Part shown: positions 27,096 to 36,469 of the stretch, piece after piece
How positions within the stretch are numbered: position 1 is the first letter of the stretch
How the letters are laid out: each line of letters opens with the position of its first letter
Source of the DNA: an uncultured Actinomycetes bacterium
Lineage (GTDB): Bacteria; Actinomycetota; Thermoleophilia; Solirubrobacterales; 70-9
Reading direction: 5' to 3'
Assembly (NCBI GenBank): GCA_963800355.1
Contig: CAWDAP010000002.1
Coordinates: 2,608 to 66,607 of the forward strand
DNA: 64,000 nucleotides
Translations under genes and position numbers: made by a program
Notes under the pieces: model-generated
The model's database searches: none
What the model was told of the DNA's origin: nothing
The model's input: only the letters and a program-made list of their open reading frames with translations

Positions 27096-27142
27096 GCAAG
27101 CTCGTCGCGGTTAGGCTCTCGAACAGGATGAGGGGAGCGGAG

Positions 27143-28717
27143 ATGCACGACTACGTGATCGTCGGCGCCGGCTCGGCCGGCTGCGTGCTCGCGAACCGGC
27201 TCAGCGAGGACCCCGCGGTGCGGGTGCTGCTGGTCGAGGCGGGCGGCAGGGACCGGCATCCCAACATCAAGATCCCGGCCGCCTTCGCCAAGCAGTTCAA
27301 GACCAGGCTCGACTGGGACCTGGCGACCGAGCCCGAGCCGCATTGCGACAACCGCTCGCTCTACATACCGCGCGGCAAGGGGCTCGGCGGCTCGAGCTCG
27401 ATGAACGCGATGCTCTACGTGCGCGGCAACCCGCTCGACTACGAGGGCTGGGTGCAGGCGGGCGCGAGCGGCTGGGGCTGGGACGACGTCCTCCCCTACT
27501 TCCTCCAGGCCGAGGACAACCAGCGCGGCGCCTCCGAGTTCCACGCGACCGGCGGGCCGCTGCGGGTCGAGGACGAGCGCTCGCCGCGACCGCTCACCGG
27601 CCGCTTCCTCGCCGCCTGCGCCGAGGCCGGTGTGCCCCGGATCGGCGACTACAACGGCCCCGAGCAGGACGGGGCGGCGCTGGTCCAGGTGACCCAGCGC
27701 GGCGGCCGCCGCTGGAGCACCGCCGACGCCTACCTGCGCCCGGCGCTGAAGCGCCCGAACCTGGAGGTGGTGACCGGGGCGCTGGTCGCCGGCCTGGAGA
27801 TCGAGAGCGGGACCGCCCGCGGGGTCCGCTACTCGCGCCGCCGCGGCGGCGAGCGGCTGGCGCGGGCCGAGCGCGAGGTGATCCTCAGCGCCGGCGCGAT
27901 CGGCTCGCCCCAGCTGCTGCTGCTCTCCGGGATCGGCCCCGCCGACCAACTCCGCCAACTCGGGCTGGCGGTGCACCGCGACCTGCCGGGGGTCGGCGAG
28001 AACCTCCAGGACCACCCCTACGTCAGCTGCGTCTGGGACGTCCCCGGCGGCGGCTCCCTCGCCGACGCCGAGAAGCCGAAGGCGCTGCTCGAATTCCTGC
28101 TGCGGAAAACCGGCCCGCTGACCTCCACCGTCGCCGAGGCCTTCGCCTTCGTCCGCAGCCGCCCCGGCCTCCCCGCGCCCGACCTGCAGTTCCACTTCGC
28201 CCCCGCCTACTTCGTCGACAACGGCTTCGAGGAATACGACGGCCACGCGATCACCAGCGGCCCGGTCCTGGTCAAGCCGAAGAGCCGCGGCTGGGTGCGC
28301 CTGCGCTCCGCCGATCCGGCCGCGAAGCCGCGCATCCTCACCAACTCGCTGGCCGAGGACGCCGACGTCGAGGCGCTGCGGGCGGGGGTCGAACGCGCCC
28401 GCGAGATCGCCGCCGCCGGGCCGCTCGCCGAGGTCGTCGGGCGCGAGCTCTTCCCCGGCCCCGAGGTCGACACCGACGCGGCGATCGCCGCCGACGTCCG
28501 CCGCCGCGTCGAGCTCCTCTACCACCCGGTCGGCACCTGCCGCATGGGCGCCGACGAGGACCGCGACGCCGTGGTCGGTCCCGACCTCCGCGTCCGCGGC
28601 GTCGAGAACCTCCGCGTCGCCGACGCCTCGGTGATGCCGACGATCCCCGCCGGCAACACCAACGCGCCGACGATCATGATCGCCGAGAAAGCCGCCGACC
28701 TGATCCGGGGCGGCTGA
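27143..28717 (+). CDS. GMC-family FAD oxidoreductase (choline-dehydrogenase-like)
   Basis: N-terminus YVIVGAGSAGCVLANRLSEDP.VRVLLVEAGG and C-terminal GMC signature (YHPVGTCRMG...V.D..LRV.G...LRV.DAS.MP). An SD (GAGGGGAG) precedes the ATG at 27143. Confidence 0.85.
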   Translation: MHDYVIVGAGSAGCVLANRLSEDPAVRVLLVEAGGRDRHPNIKIPAAFAKQFKTRLDWDLATEPEPHCDNRSLYIPRGKGLGGSSSMNAMLYVRGNPLDYEGWVQAGASGWGWDDVLPYFLQAEDNQRGASEFHATGGPLRVEDERSPRPLTGRFLAACAEAGVPRIGDYNGPEQDGAALVQVTQRGGRRWSTADAYLRPALKRPNLEVVTGALVAGLEIESGTARGVRYSRRRGGERLARAEREVILSAGAIGSPQLLLLSGIGPADQLRQLGLAVHRDLPGVGENLQDHPYVSCVWDVPGGGSLADAEKPKALLEFLLRKTGPLTSTVAEAFAFVRSRPGLPAPDLQFHFAPAYFVDNGFEEYDGHAITSGPVLVKPKSRGWVRLRSADPAAKPRILTNSLAEDADVEALRAGVERAREIAAAGPLAEVVGRELFPGPEVDTDAAIAADVRRRVELLYHPVGTCRMGADEDRDAVVGPDLRVRGVENLRVADASVMPTIPAGNTNAPTIMIAEKAADLIRGG

Positions 28718-28738
28718 GCCCGCCCCCGCAGAGGGCGA

Positions 28739-28775
28739 TGTCGCCTTTGTTACCGCCTGGGTAACAAAAGCGACA
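28739..28775. terminator. bidirectional hairpin between convergent genes (16-bp stem, 5-nt loop)
   Basis: TGTCGCCTTTGTTACC-GCCTG-GGTAACAAAAGCGACA, with one mismatch. Confidence 0.55.
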
Positions 28776-28779
28776 CGGC

Positions 28780-29628
28780 TCAGCCGCGGGTGCCGCCGCC
28801 GCTGCCGTCCGGCGACCAGCCGGGGCCGCGGAAGAGGTAGCCGAGGCGGTGGCGCCAGCTGCTCGCGGCGCGCACGTCCCGCCAGATCGCGGCGAACTCG
28901 TGGAAGGCGACGCGGGTCGGGCGGAAGCTGCGGATGTTCTGGGTCAGGCCGTAGCGGGGGCGCTCGGTCTCGCCCTGGAAGCTGCCGAAGAGCCGGTCCC
29001 AGACGATCAGGATGCCGCCGTAGTTGCGGTCGAGGTAGACCTCGTTGGAGCCGTGGTGGACGCGGTGGTGCGAGGGGGTATTGAAGAAGAACTCGAACCA
29101 GGCGGGCATCCTCTTCACCCGCTCGGTGTGGATCCAGAACTGGTAGATGAGGCTGATCGCCTGCTGGGTGAGGATCATCCACGGGGCGAAGCCGACCAGC
29201 GCCAGCGGCGCCCAGAACGGCAGCGCCGTCATCGGCGTCCAGGTCTGCCGCAGCGCCGTCGAGAGGTTGTAGTGCTCGGAGGAGTGGTGGACGACGTGGC
29301 TCGCCCAGAAGACGCGGACCTCGTGGTGGATGCGGTGGAACCAGTAGTAAGCGAGATCGTCGGCGAAGAAGAGGAGCACGTAGGTCCACCACTTATCTGC
29401 CGGCATCCGCAGCGGGCTGAGCTCGTAGAGACCGGTGTAGATCGCGATCGCCACCAGCTTCCAGACCGCGTTGATGGCGACGTTGCCGGCGCCCATCGTC
29501 AGGCTGGTGCGGGTGTCGCGCACCTCGTAGCCGACCAGCTCCTCGTCGCGCGCGTACTTGAAGGAGAGCAGCTCGACGACCAGCAGCAGCACGAAGGCGG
29601 GGATCGCGTAGAGGATCAGCTCGGCCAC
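28780..29628 (-). CDS. fatty-acid hydroxylase / sterol-desaturase family membrane protein
   Basis: Histidine boxes HRIHHE, HVVHHSSEH and HHRVHH, plus 4 TM segments. Confidence 0.8.
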   Translation of the reverse strand: MAELILYAIPAFVLLLVVELLSFKYARDEELVGYEVRDTRTSLTMGAGNVAINAVWKLVAIAIYTGLYELSPLRMPADKWWTYVLLFFADDLAYYWFHRIHHEVRVFWASHVVHHSSEHYNLSTALRQTWTPMTALPFWAPLALVGFAPWMILTQQAISLIYQFWIHTERVKRMPAWFEFFFNTPSHHRVHHGSNEVYLDRNYGGILIVWDRLFGSFQGETERPRYGLTQNIRSFRPTRVAFHEFAAIWRDVRAASSWRHRLGYLFRGPGWSPDGSGGGTRG

Positions 29629-29770
29629 GGATCGACAACTGTAGCCGCATCCGGTTTCGCCCCTGAACCCCAGCTTTTTGCTTAGACTTTACTGATTATT
29701 TAAACAAAGACGGCGGAGAGCTTCCTGACCGGTCCTCTCCGCCGCGCGACAACCAGAAGGAGCACCAAAT

Positions 29771-30418
29771 ATGACTTGGCATCTCAAGGCTCTCGGCCTC
29801 GCGACGCTGGCTACCATGGCATTCGGCAGCCTGATCGCCTCGGCTGCGCAAGCTGAACGCTTTACAGCGGCCACGTACCCGGCGGTCCTCACCGGGAAAC
29901 AGAGCACCGCCCACGTCTACACCTTCAGCGGCGGGCCCAAAATCGAATGCAAAACCGTCAACAACAGCGGCGTTCTCGGGGGCGCGGCGGAAAGCATCAG
30001 CGTGACGGTGGCCGAGGAAAACTGCTCGCAGACCATCGGCGGCGTCTCGTATTCGTCAAACACAACACTGAAATGCGAAGGGACCTATACCCACCTGGAG
30101 CTCCTTGGGGCGACATTTGCGCAGTGCACCAGCCTGGGCGGCTACACACACGACGTTGAGACGAAAAACGCCCTCAACGAAACCACATGCGCCTACAGCC
30201 TCGAAGACCTCGGGACCACGGAAACCGTGTCACACGAAAACCTCGGCGGGACCAGCGGGGTCAAGTTCACCTACAACCTGACCGGTATCCCGTACAAACT
30301 GGTCACGGGGTCGACGCTGCTCTGCGGTTCGGCGAGCGGGACGGCAACCTACACCGGCACCTCTGTGTACACGGCGAAGACCGAAGGAGGCGAACCCATC
30401 TCGTTCGATATCGGCTGA
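29771..30418 (+). CDS. secreted Thr/Gly/Cys-rich hypothetical protein
   Basis: Signal peptide (..SLIASAAQA|ER), 6 Cys, and lower GC than the flanks. It is preceded by an AT-rich promoter-like stretch and followed by a hairpin. Confidence 0.55.
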   Translation: MTWHLKALGLATLATMAFGSLIASAAQAERFTAATYPAVLTGKQSTAHVYTFSGGPKIECKTVNNSGVLGGAAESISVTVAEENCSQTIGGVSYSSNTTLKCEGTYTHLELLGATFAQCTSLGGYTHDVETKNALNETTCAYSLEDLGTTETVSHENLGGTSGVKFTYNLTGIPYKLVTGSTLLCGSASGTATYTGTSVYTAKTEGGEPISFDIG

Positions 30419-30438
30419 ATCCAGCTGACGCGATCGGC

Positions 30439-30468
30439 GGCAGGGCCGGAGACGGCTCCGGCCCTGCC
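30439..30468 (+). terminator. GC-rich hairpin terminator
   Basis: GGCAGGGCCGGAG-ACGG-CTCCGGCCCTGCC. Confidence 0.6.
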
Positions 30469-30529
30469 CGAGCGCCGGGCAATCTCAACGCCCGCGGCAG
30501 GAAGCCTGCTCGGGAGGCGACGCCGAGGG

Positions 30530-31258
30530 CTATGACCGCCCGCGGCCGACGATGGTGGCGGCCACGAGGTGAGAGTCGGCCACGAAGTCCGCCTCGGGGC
30601 CGGGTCCGGCGTCGTCGTGCATTCCGCGGTAGCGGACGGTCCCCATCCCCAGCGCGGCGGCGCCGGCGACGTCGGTGCGGCGCAGGTCGCCGACGTGCAC
30701 TGCCTCCCGCGGCTGAGCCCCGAGCGAGGCGAGCGCCGCTTCGAAGGCCTGCGGCGCCGGCTTGTAGTGGCCGGTCTCGTCCGAGAAGGCCCAGCCGTCG
30801 AAGTGCTCGAGCAGGCCCTCGCGAGCGAGCAGGTCGCGGAGCAGGGCGCCGCCGCTGAAGCCGACGTCGCAGACGATCCCGAGCCGGATTCGCTTCGCCT
30901 TCAGGGCCTCCAGCGCCGGCTCGATGTCGAGGGCGAGTTCAAGCTCGACCTCCCTCCCGGCGTCGAGGAACGCCTCGATCACGGTCTGGCCGAGCGCGTC
31001 CTCGACCCCCAGCGCCCGGACCAGCATCTCCCCTCCCTCGCGCGGATGCAGGTGGACGCCTTCGGCCCAGGAGCGCTCCCAGCGCATCCCCACCTCCTCG
31101 AGCGCGGCGGCCACCAGTTTCGGCTCGATCGCCGCCGCGCCCTCGGCGCAGGCCGCCAGCACCGCCCGTCGCCGCGCCTCGGTCATCGCCCCCGACGGCA
31201 CCCGCGCGATCGTGTTCCAGAAGTCGAAGGTGACGGCTCGAACCACCCCCACATTCAA
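30530..31258 (-). CDS. HAD-superfamily hydrolase
   Basis: Motif I-like VTFDFWNTIA and motif IV VHVGDLRRTDVAGAAALGM. Confidence 0.7.
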   Translation of the reverse strand: MNVGVVRAVTFDFWNTIARVPSGAMTEARRRAVLAACAEGAAAIEPKLVAAALEEVGMRWERSWAEGVHLHPREGGEMLVRALGVEDALGQTVIEAFLDAGREVELELALDIEPALEALKAKRIRLGIVCDVGFSGGALLRDLLAREGLLEHFDGWAFSDETGHYKPAPQAFEAALASLGAQPREAVHVGDLRRTDVAGAAALGMGTVRYRGMHDDAGPGPEADFVADSHLVAATIVGRGRS

Positions 31259-31356
31259 CCCAAACCCGACCTCGGGCCCGCAGAACGCGGCGTTCCCCGA
31301 GCGCCACGAGCCCCCCGAGGGGGGTGAAAATCCGCACCTCCGAACTTAACGCCCCT

Positions 31357-32283
31357 ATGAGGGCTCTGAGTTCGGAGCAGCGAAGCCGGGCCGCCTGGAC
31401 CCTGGCGCGTCGGCAGCACGGAGTGCTCGCGCACAGCGATCTGGTCGGGCTCGGCTTCAGCCCGAAGGCGATCAGGCACCGCGTGCGGAGCGGCCGGCTG
31501 CATCCGATATTCCGCGGCGTCTACGCGGTCGGCCGCCGAGACCTGAGCCGCGAGGGGCGCTGGACGGCCGCCGTCCGCGCCTGCGGACCCGGTGCGGCGT
31601 TGAGCCATCGCAGCGCCGCCGCCCTCTGGCGGTTCGGCACCGAGCACGAGGACTACATCGACGTCAGCGTCAGGCGCAACTCGGAAGCGCGCATTCGCGG
31701 CGTCCGCTGCCACCGGCGTCCGACCCTGCCCGTCGGCGCCGTCATAACGCACAGGAACATCCCCGTCACCGAGCCCGTCCAGACCTTCCTCGACCTCGTG
31801 CCGATGACCGGCCCCCGGGACCTCGAGCGGGCGATCAACGAGGCCGACAAGCACGACGTGATCGACCCCGACGCGCTGCGCAAGGCGCTCGACGCCCGCC
31901 CCGGTGCCCGGGGCGCCCGGCCGCTCCGGCGGATCCTCGACAAGCACACCTTCCGTCTCTCCGACGACGAGCTCGAACGACTCTTCCGCCCGCTCGCCAC
32001 GGCAGCCGGCCTGCCGGTGCCGCTGACCAAAGTCGAGGTCGACGAATTCGAGGTCGACTTCTTCTGGCCCGACCTCGGCCTCGTGGTCGAGACCGATGGC
32101 TGGCGCTACCACCGCACGCCCGCCGCCCAGACCCGTGACGCGCTGCGCTTCCAGGTCCACACCGCGGCCGGGCGCACCCCGCTGCGCTTCTCCCATTGGC
32201 AGGTCAAGTACGAACCCCGCCACGTCCTGAACATCCTCCGCAACACGGCAGCGCACCTGCGCGGCTCCCTGCACCCTCACTGA
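31357..32283 (+). CDS. AbiEi_4-like N-terminal wHTH plus DUF559 (Vsr/endonuclease-like) C-terminal domain protein
   Basis: The N-terminus is QHGVLAHSDLVGLGFSPKAIRHRVRSGRLHPIFRGVYAVG. The C-terminus is EVDFFWPDLGLVVETDGWRYH. An upstream GTG at 31324 is an alternative start. Confidence 0.6.
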   Translation: MRALSSEQRSRAAWTLARRQHGVLAHSDLVGLGFSPKAIRHRVRSGRLHPIFRGVYAVGRRDLSREGRWTAAVRACGPGAALSHRSAAALWRFGTEHEDYIDVSVRRNSEARIRGVRCHRRPTLPVGAVITHRNIPVTEPVQTFLDLVPMTGPRDLERAINEADKHDVIDPDALRKALDARPGARGARPLRRILDKHTFRLSDDELERLFRPLATAAGLPVPLTKVEVDEFEVDFFWPDLGLVVETDGWRYHRTPAAQTRDALRFQVHTAAGRTPLRFSHWQVKYEPRHVLNILRNTAAHLRGSLHPH

Positions 32284-32341
32284 GCAGGTAAGGGTGCAGG
32301 GAGTCGCGCCCGGGAGCTTCCGGGGGTCCCTCTCCCCGGCT

Positions 32342-32391
32342 CGCGCCTCCGAGGTTGTGGGGGCTATGGCCCCCAAAAGTTCGGAGGCGCG
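32342..32391. repeat. nested palindromic hairpin
   Basis: The outer stem is CGCGCCTCCGA ... TCGGAGGCGCG (11 bp, perfect). The inner stem is GGGGGC-TATG-GCCCCC. A second hairpin (CCCTGCACCCT.AC/GT.AGGGTGCAGGG) spans the preceding stop codon at about 32268-32305. Confidence 0.6.
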
Positions 32392-32474
32392 GGCGGCGCC
32401 CGCGGCCGACGAGGAGGCGCCCCGTTTGGCGCCCGGAGGTTTAGCGCGGTCCGGGATCTGGAATATCCCTAGCT

Positions 32475-32891
32475 ATGGCCGATTTCACGATCGTCAGGGC
32501 CGAAGAGGCCCCCGACGCCTACGCCGACAGCGACGTGCCGGGGGAGTTCCGGTCGCTGACGAAGGCACTCTGCTCTGAGCAGGTGGCGGTGACGCTGATC
32601 CGGATCCCGCCCCACTCCGACTTCGAGCAGGGGTCCGGACACCGGCACGAGGAGATCGAGGAGGTCTACCTGGTGACCAGCGGGACGCTGACGATGCGCT
32701 TCGGCGACGAGGTCGAGAAGGTTGGGCCGGGGAGCGCCGTGCGGGTGGCGCCGGAGACCGTCCGCTCACACCGCAACGAGGGCGACGAGGCGGTCGAGAT
32801 GTGGGCGATCTCGCGGTGCGGCGAAAGCGACAGGGGCGAGAAGGTCGACGACTTCTGGGCCGCCTCGCCCGCGGCCGCACAGCACGAATGA
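32475..32891 (+). CDS. cupin-domain protein
   Basis: Cupin motifs (GHRHEEIEEVYLVTSG ... GPGSAVRVAPETVRSHRN). Confidence 0.75.
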   Translation: MADFTIVRAEEAPDAYADSDVPGEFRSLTKALCSEQVAVTLIRIPPHSDFEQGSGHRHEEIEEVYLVTSGTLTMRFGDEVEKVGPGSAVRVAPETVRSHRNEGDEAVEMWAISRCGESDRGEKVDDFWAASPAAAQHE

Positions 32892-33934
32892 GCTACGAGG
32901 CCGCGGCCGAGCGCTACGACGGAAAGATGCGCTACCGCCGCTGCGGGCGCTCGGGGCTCGATCTGCCGCTGCTCTCGCTCGGCTACTGGCACAACTTCGG
33001 CGACGACCGGCCCCTGGAGACGCAGCGGGCGATCGCCCGACGGGCCTTCGACCTCGGCATCACCCACCACGACCTCGCCAACAACTACGGGCCGCCCTAC
33101 GGCTCCGCCGAGCTCAACTTCGGCCGCCTGATGCGCGAGGACTTCGCCCTTTATAGGGACGAGATGATCGTCTCCACCAAGGCGGGCTGGGACATGTGGC
33201 CCGGCCCCCACGGCCAGGGCGGCGGCTCCCGCAAGTACCTGCTCGCCTCGCTCGACCAGTCGCTGCAGCGCCTCGGCCTCGACTACGTCGACATCTTCTA
33301 CAGCCACCGCCTCGACGCCTCGACGCCGCTGGAGGAAACGATGGGCGCGCTCGACGCCGCGGTGCGCCAGGGCAAGGCCCTCTACGTCGGCATCTCCTCC
33401 TACGACGCCGAGCGCACCCGCGAGGCGGCGGCGATCCTCCGCGACCTCGGCACGCCGCTGCTGATCCACCAGCCCTCCTACTCGATGCTGAACCGCTGGA
33501 TCGAGACCGAGGGCCTGCTCGAGGCGGCCGACGAGCTCGGCGCCGGCGTGATCGGCTTCACCGCCCTCGCCCAGGGCCTGCTCACCGACCGCTACCTGAA
33601 CGGGATCCCGGAGGACTCGCGTGCCGCCCGCGGCGAAGAGACCTTCGACAACGACTGGCTCGACGAGGAGATGCTCGAGCGCCTCCGCGCCCTCAACGGG
33701 ATCGCCGAGCGCCGCGGCCAGACCCTCGCCCAGCTCGCCCTCGCCTGGGCCCTGCGCGACGAGCGCGTCACCAGCCTCGTCATCGGCGCCTCCTCCGTCG
33801 GGCAGCTGGAGCAGAATGTCGCCGCCCTCGACAACCTCGAGCTCTCCGAGGAGGAGCTTGCCGAAATCGACCGTCATGCCGAAGCCGACGCCGGCATCGA
33901 CGTCTGGGGGAAGGCGCGCGCGGGCGAGTGGTAG
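32888..33934 (+). CDS. aldo/keto reductase (YghZ / Kv-beta-like)
   Basis: RRCGRSGL.LP.LSLG.WHNFG, FDLANNYGPPYGSAE, YVDIFYSHR. The ATG overlaps the cupin stop (ATGA). Confidence 0.85.
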   Translation: MSYEAAAERYDGKMRYRRCGRSGLDLPLLSLGYWHNFGDDRPLETQRAIARRAFDLGITHHDLANNYGPPYGSAELNFGRLMREDFALYRDEMIVSTKAGWDMWPGPHGQGGGSRKYLLASLDQSLQRLGLDYVDIFYSHRLDASTPLEETMGALDAAVRQGKALYVGISSYDAERTREAAAILRDLGTPLLIHQPSYSMLNRWIETEGLLEAADELGAGVIGFTALAQGLLTDRYLNGIPEDSRAARGEETFDNDWLDEEMLERLRALNGIAERRGQTLAQLALAWALRDERVTSLVIGASSVGQLEQNVAALDNLELSEEELAEIDRHAEADAGIDVWGKARAGEW

Positions 33935-33967
33935 CGCCTCCGTCTTCCAGGACCTGCTCGCTGCCGG

Positions 33968-35518
33968 TTAGGGCGCTTCCTGGAGGATCCGCTCCTCGAC
34001 CGGGCGCTGTCCGTTGGCCAGCACGGTGGGGCCGTTCGTGCCGTGCGTGACGCTGAGGACGATCCGGTCTCCCGGCCTCTGCGCGAGCCCGGAGAAGCGG
34101 TCCTCGACGACGACGCCGGCCTCTTCGGCCCTGACCAGCACCTGGGTCGCGGCGCCGTCGGCGATCGCGGCGAAGGAGTCCCCCGGCTGCAGCGGGCGGC
34201 CAAGTTCCTGCACCACCCCGGGCGTGGTGGCGAGCGAGCGTTCCTGTTCGCCGAAGACGAGGGCGAGCCTGCCGGGCTCGGTCGCCTCGCTCGCCTGGGC
34301 GGCGCGGGCGAGCGCGAGCGGGTCGCAGGCGACGGCGACCACCTGGGGGCCGAGCCAGTCGCCGCAGCGCAGCGCCCGGCCGTCGCAGGTGAGGATGCCG
34401 TTCTGGCTCGAGCACCACGGGGTCTGGTAGCGGGTCTGCAGCCCGGGCGAGTGCGGCGAGTTGTCGAATTCGGACCTGCCGCAGGCGTCGCCGCAGCCCG
34501 CCCCCCACTGGCCCGGCCAGCTCGTCCAAGCCTGGCCGGTGAGCGACTCGAGGCAGCTGCCCGGCGCATCGGGCACGCAGCTTTCCCGGTTGCGAGCCCA
34601 TTCTTCTTCGCCGTCGAAGCTCGACTCCGGCAGGTCGACCAGGCCGTCGACCGCCAAGGCGGGAGGCTGAGAGCAGCCGCCGGCGCAGCGCTGGGGATAG
34701 GAGGCGTGGCTGCCCTGCGCGACGTAGACCGTCGGCCTGGTTTCGGCGGCGCCCCTCATCTGCAGCTGACTCGCCGTGTAGCGGAACGTGCCCTTGTGCG
34801 CCGCGTAGACGACGTAGTCGACCTTGTCTTTTTCGTCGGGAGGCGTCACCACCGTCACCCCCTCCCAGTCGCCCTCGTGCTCGTCGCAGACGCTGGCTTC
34901 GAGCGCCTTCTGGCTGCGGCAGGTGAGCGAGGGGCGCGAGCGGGGGAAGTGGTTGAAGCGCAGGAACCACCAGTAGTCGATGTAGAAGCGGTCGTTCGAT
35001 TCGATCACGTGGTAGTAGATCGCCGACCGCGGCGGCGTCCCGCAGTCGAGCAGTCGTCCGCACCGTTCGGGGCCGTGGTACTGGTCGACCTTCCCGCCGG
35101 CGATGTCGAGGTAGGTGGCGGGGCCGAGAGCGCCCGCTTCCCGGGTCAGGCGATCGAACTCTTCGGCGTTTTCGACCGCCTGGCATTCGGGGCCGCTCGC
35201 GCCCCGGTCGCAGAAGCGCTGGTCGCCTTCGTCGAGCAGGTAGGAAACGTTCAGCGGCCGCCACCGCTCGCCGCTGTCGAACTCGAGCCAGGGCCGGAAC
35301 CGTTCGGCGAGTTCGCCCGCCTGCTCTTTGGGGACCTCGGAGAAGGCCTCGGGCTGGCGGGTGCCGCCGCCGGGGAGCCGGTGCGTCTGGTGGAGGACGA
35401 AGACGCCGACGGCGCCGATGGCGAGTCCGACGACGAAGCAGATGAGCGGCAGCGCCCAGGCACACGCGCACCGCTTCAGCTTCTTGATCCTGTTCCCGTC
35501 TCCCATCCGCTTACCCAC
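33968..35518 (-). CDS. membrane-anchored Cys-rich hypothetical protein (possible Vps62/DUF946-like core)
   Basis: One N-terminal TM (WALPLICFVVGLAIGAVGVFVL). The core YYHV..RFYIDYWWFLRFNHF...CDEHEGDWEGVTVV resembles the H.GDWE signature of the Vps62 family. Many Cys residues follow in the C-terminal half. Confidence 0.45.
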   Translation of the reverse strand: MGKRMGDGNRIKKLKRCACAWALPLICFVVGLAIGAVGVFVLHQTHRLPGGGTRQPEAFSEVPKEQAGELAERFRPWLEFDSGERWRPLNVSYLLDEGDQRFCDRGASGPECQAVENAEEFDRLTREAGALGPATYLDIAGGKVDQYHGPERCGRLLDCGTPPRSAIYYHVIESNDRFYIDYWWFLRFNHFPRSRPSLTCRSQKALEASVCDEHEGDWEGVTVVTPPDEKDKVDYVVYAAHKGTFRYTASQLQMRGAAETRPTVYVAQGSHASYPQRCAGGCSQPPALAVDGLVDLPESSFDGEEEWARNRESCVPDAPGSCLESLTGQAWTSWPGQWGAGCGDACGRSEFDNSPHSPGLQTRYQTPWCSSQNGILTCDGRALRCGDWLGPQVVAVACDPLALARAAQASEATEPGRLALVFGEQERSLATTPGVVQELGRPLQPGDSFAAIADGAATQVLVRAEEAGVVVEDRFSGLAQRPGDRIVLSVTHGTNGPTVLANGQRPVEERILQEAP

Positions 35519-35596
35519 ACCAGGTGGGCAGAGTATTGGAATCTCTATGAGCGGGCGAGCCGCGACCGCGGCTCGCCCGCCTCAACTTCGCCGATC

Positions 35597-36397
35597 TCAG
35601 CCGGTGATCCCGTGCACGACCGGGTAGTAACCGCTGGCGTGACCCGTGACCTTCGGGTGGTAGCTTTCTTCCACCGGATTCGAGAGGCCGTTGATCCACT
35701 CGGTCGAGGATCCGCCGCCGCCGTCGCAGACCGCGTGACCGATGAAGTTCGGAATCACGTTGCCGAATTTGAAATTCGACCCGGCCCGCGCCGCCGCGGC
35801 GCTGAGCACGTTCTTCAGCATGTCTGCCGTTTCGTTCAGCCGGGTCTCCTCGCTGGGGCTGAACCAGGTGAACGCGTTGCAATCTTCGCCGTTGAACAGC
35901 TTCGGGTAGTCGAGCACCACTACTGTCGCGTTCGGCGACTTTTCCTTGATCTTGTTGTTGACCAGGTCGAGGCGGCCCGGCAGCATGTGCTGGATGTAGT
36001 ACTGGGCTTCGTCGATCACGCCGTTGCAGTTCGACATCCAGCCGGGCAGCGCGCATTCGGTGATCACTTCCGAGAAACCGGCGTCGTTGCCGCCGATCGT
36101 GTAGCTGACCCAGTTGGTGTCCGAGGTCAGGCTGGCCGCCTGGGTGTTGAGGATGTCCCCGGTCTTCGCCCCCGTGCAGGTCGCGTTGACGAACGTCCAT
36201 TCCGGGTGCGCCTGGTGCAGCAGGTACGGATAGGCGTACACCGACCGCTTGCAGCTTTCTTCGTAGAAGGTCCGCGTCCCCACGCCCGACGAGTACGAGT
36301 CCCCGAGCGCGACGTACTTGGTCGCCCAGGCCTGCCCGGCGAGGACGGCGAACGCCGCCGCCACGCAGAGGAATACAGCAATGCGCCTCCAATTCAT
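35597..36397 (-). CDS. secreted SGNH/GDSL hydrolase (lipase/esterase)
   Basis: Signal peptide. Block I YVALGDSYSSG, block III IGGND, and the C-terminal catalytic region (SYHP..GH). Confidence 0.8.
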   Translation of the reverse strand: MNWRRIAVFLCVAAAFAVLAGQAWATKYVALGDSYSSGVGTRTFYEESCKRSVYAYPYLLHQAHPEWTFVNATCTGAKTGDILNTQAASLTSDTNWVSYTIGGNDAGFSEVITECALPGWMSNCNGVIDEAQYYIQHMLPGRLDLVNNKIKEKSPNATVVVLDYPKLFNGEDCNAFTWFSPSEETRLNETADMLKNVLSAAAARAGSNFKFGNVIPNFIGHAVCDGGGGSSTEWINGLSNPVEESYHPKVTGHASGYYPVVHGITG

Positions 36398-36469
36398 CTG
36401 AACTGCCTCCTCCCCCGCCTTAATGGATAAAGGAGTACTGACCATAATGCGGCGGCTGCCGCTTGCCAA

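Noticed and set aside
26954-29392. 812-aa minus-strand ORF, and similar long ORFs at 1588-3165, 34043-36430, 13532-15205, 15329-16861 and 61254-63017
   Set aside because: All overlap homology-supported genes on the opposite strand or in another frame. All show the R/P/G/A-rich low-complexity signature of GC-driven spurious frames.
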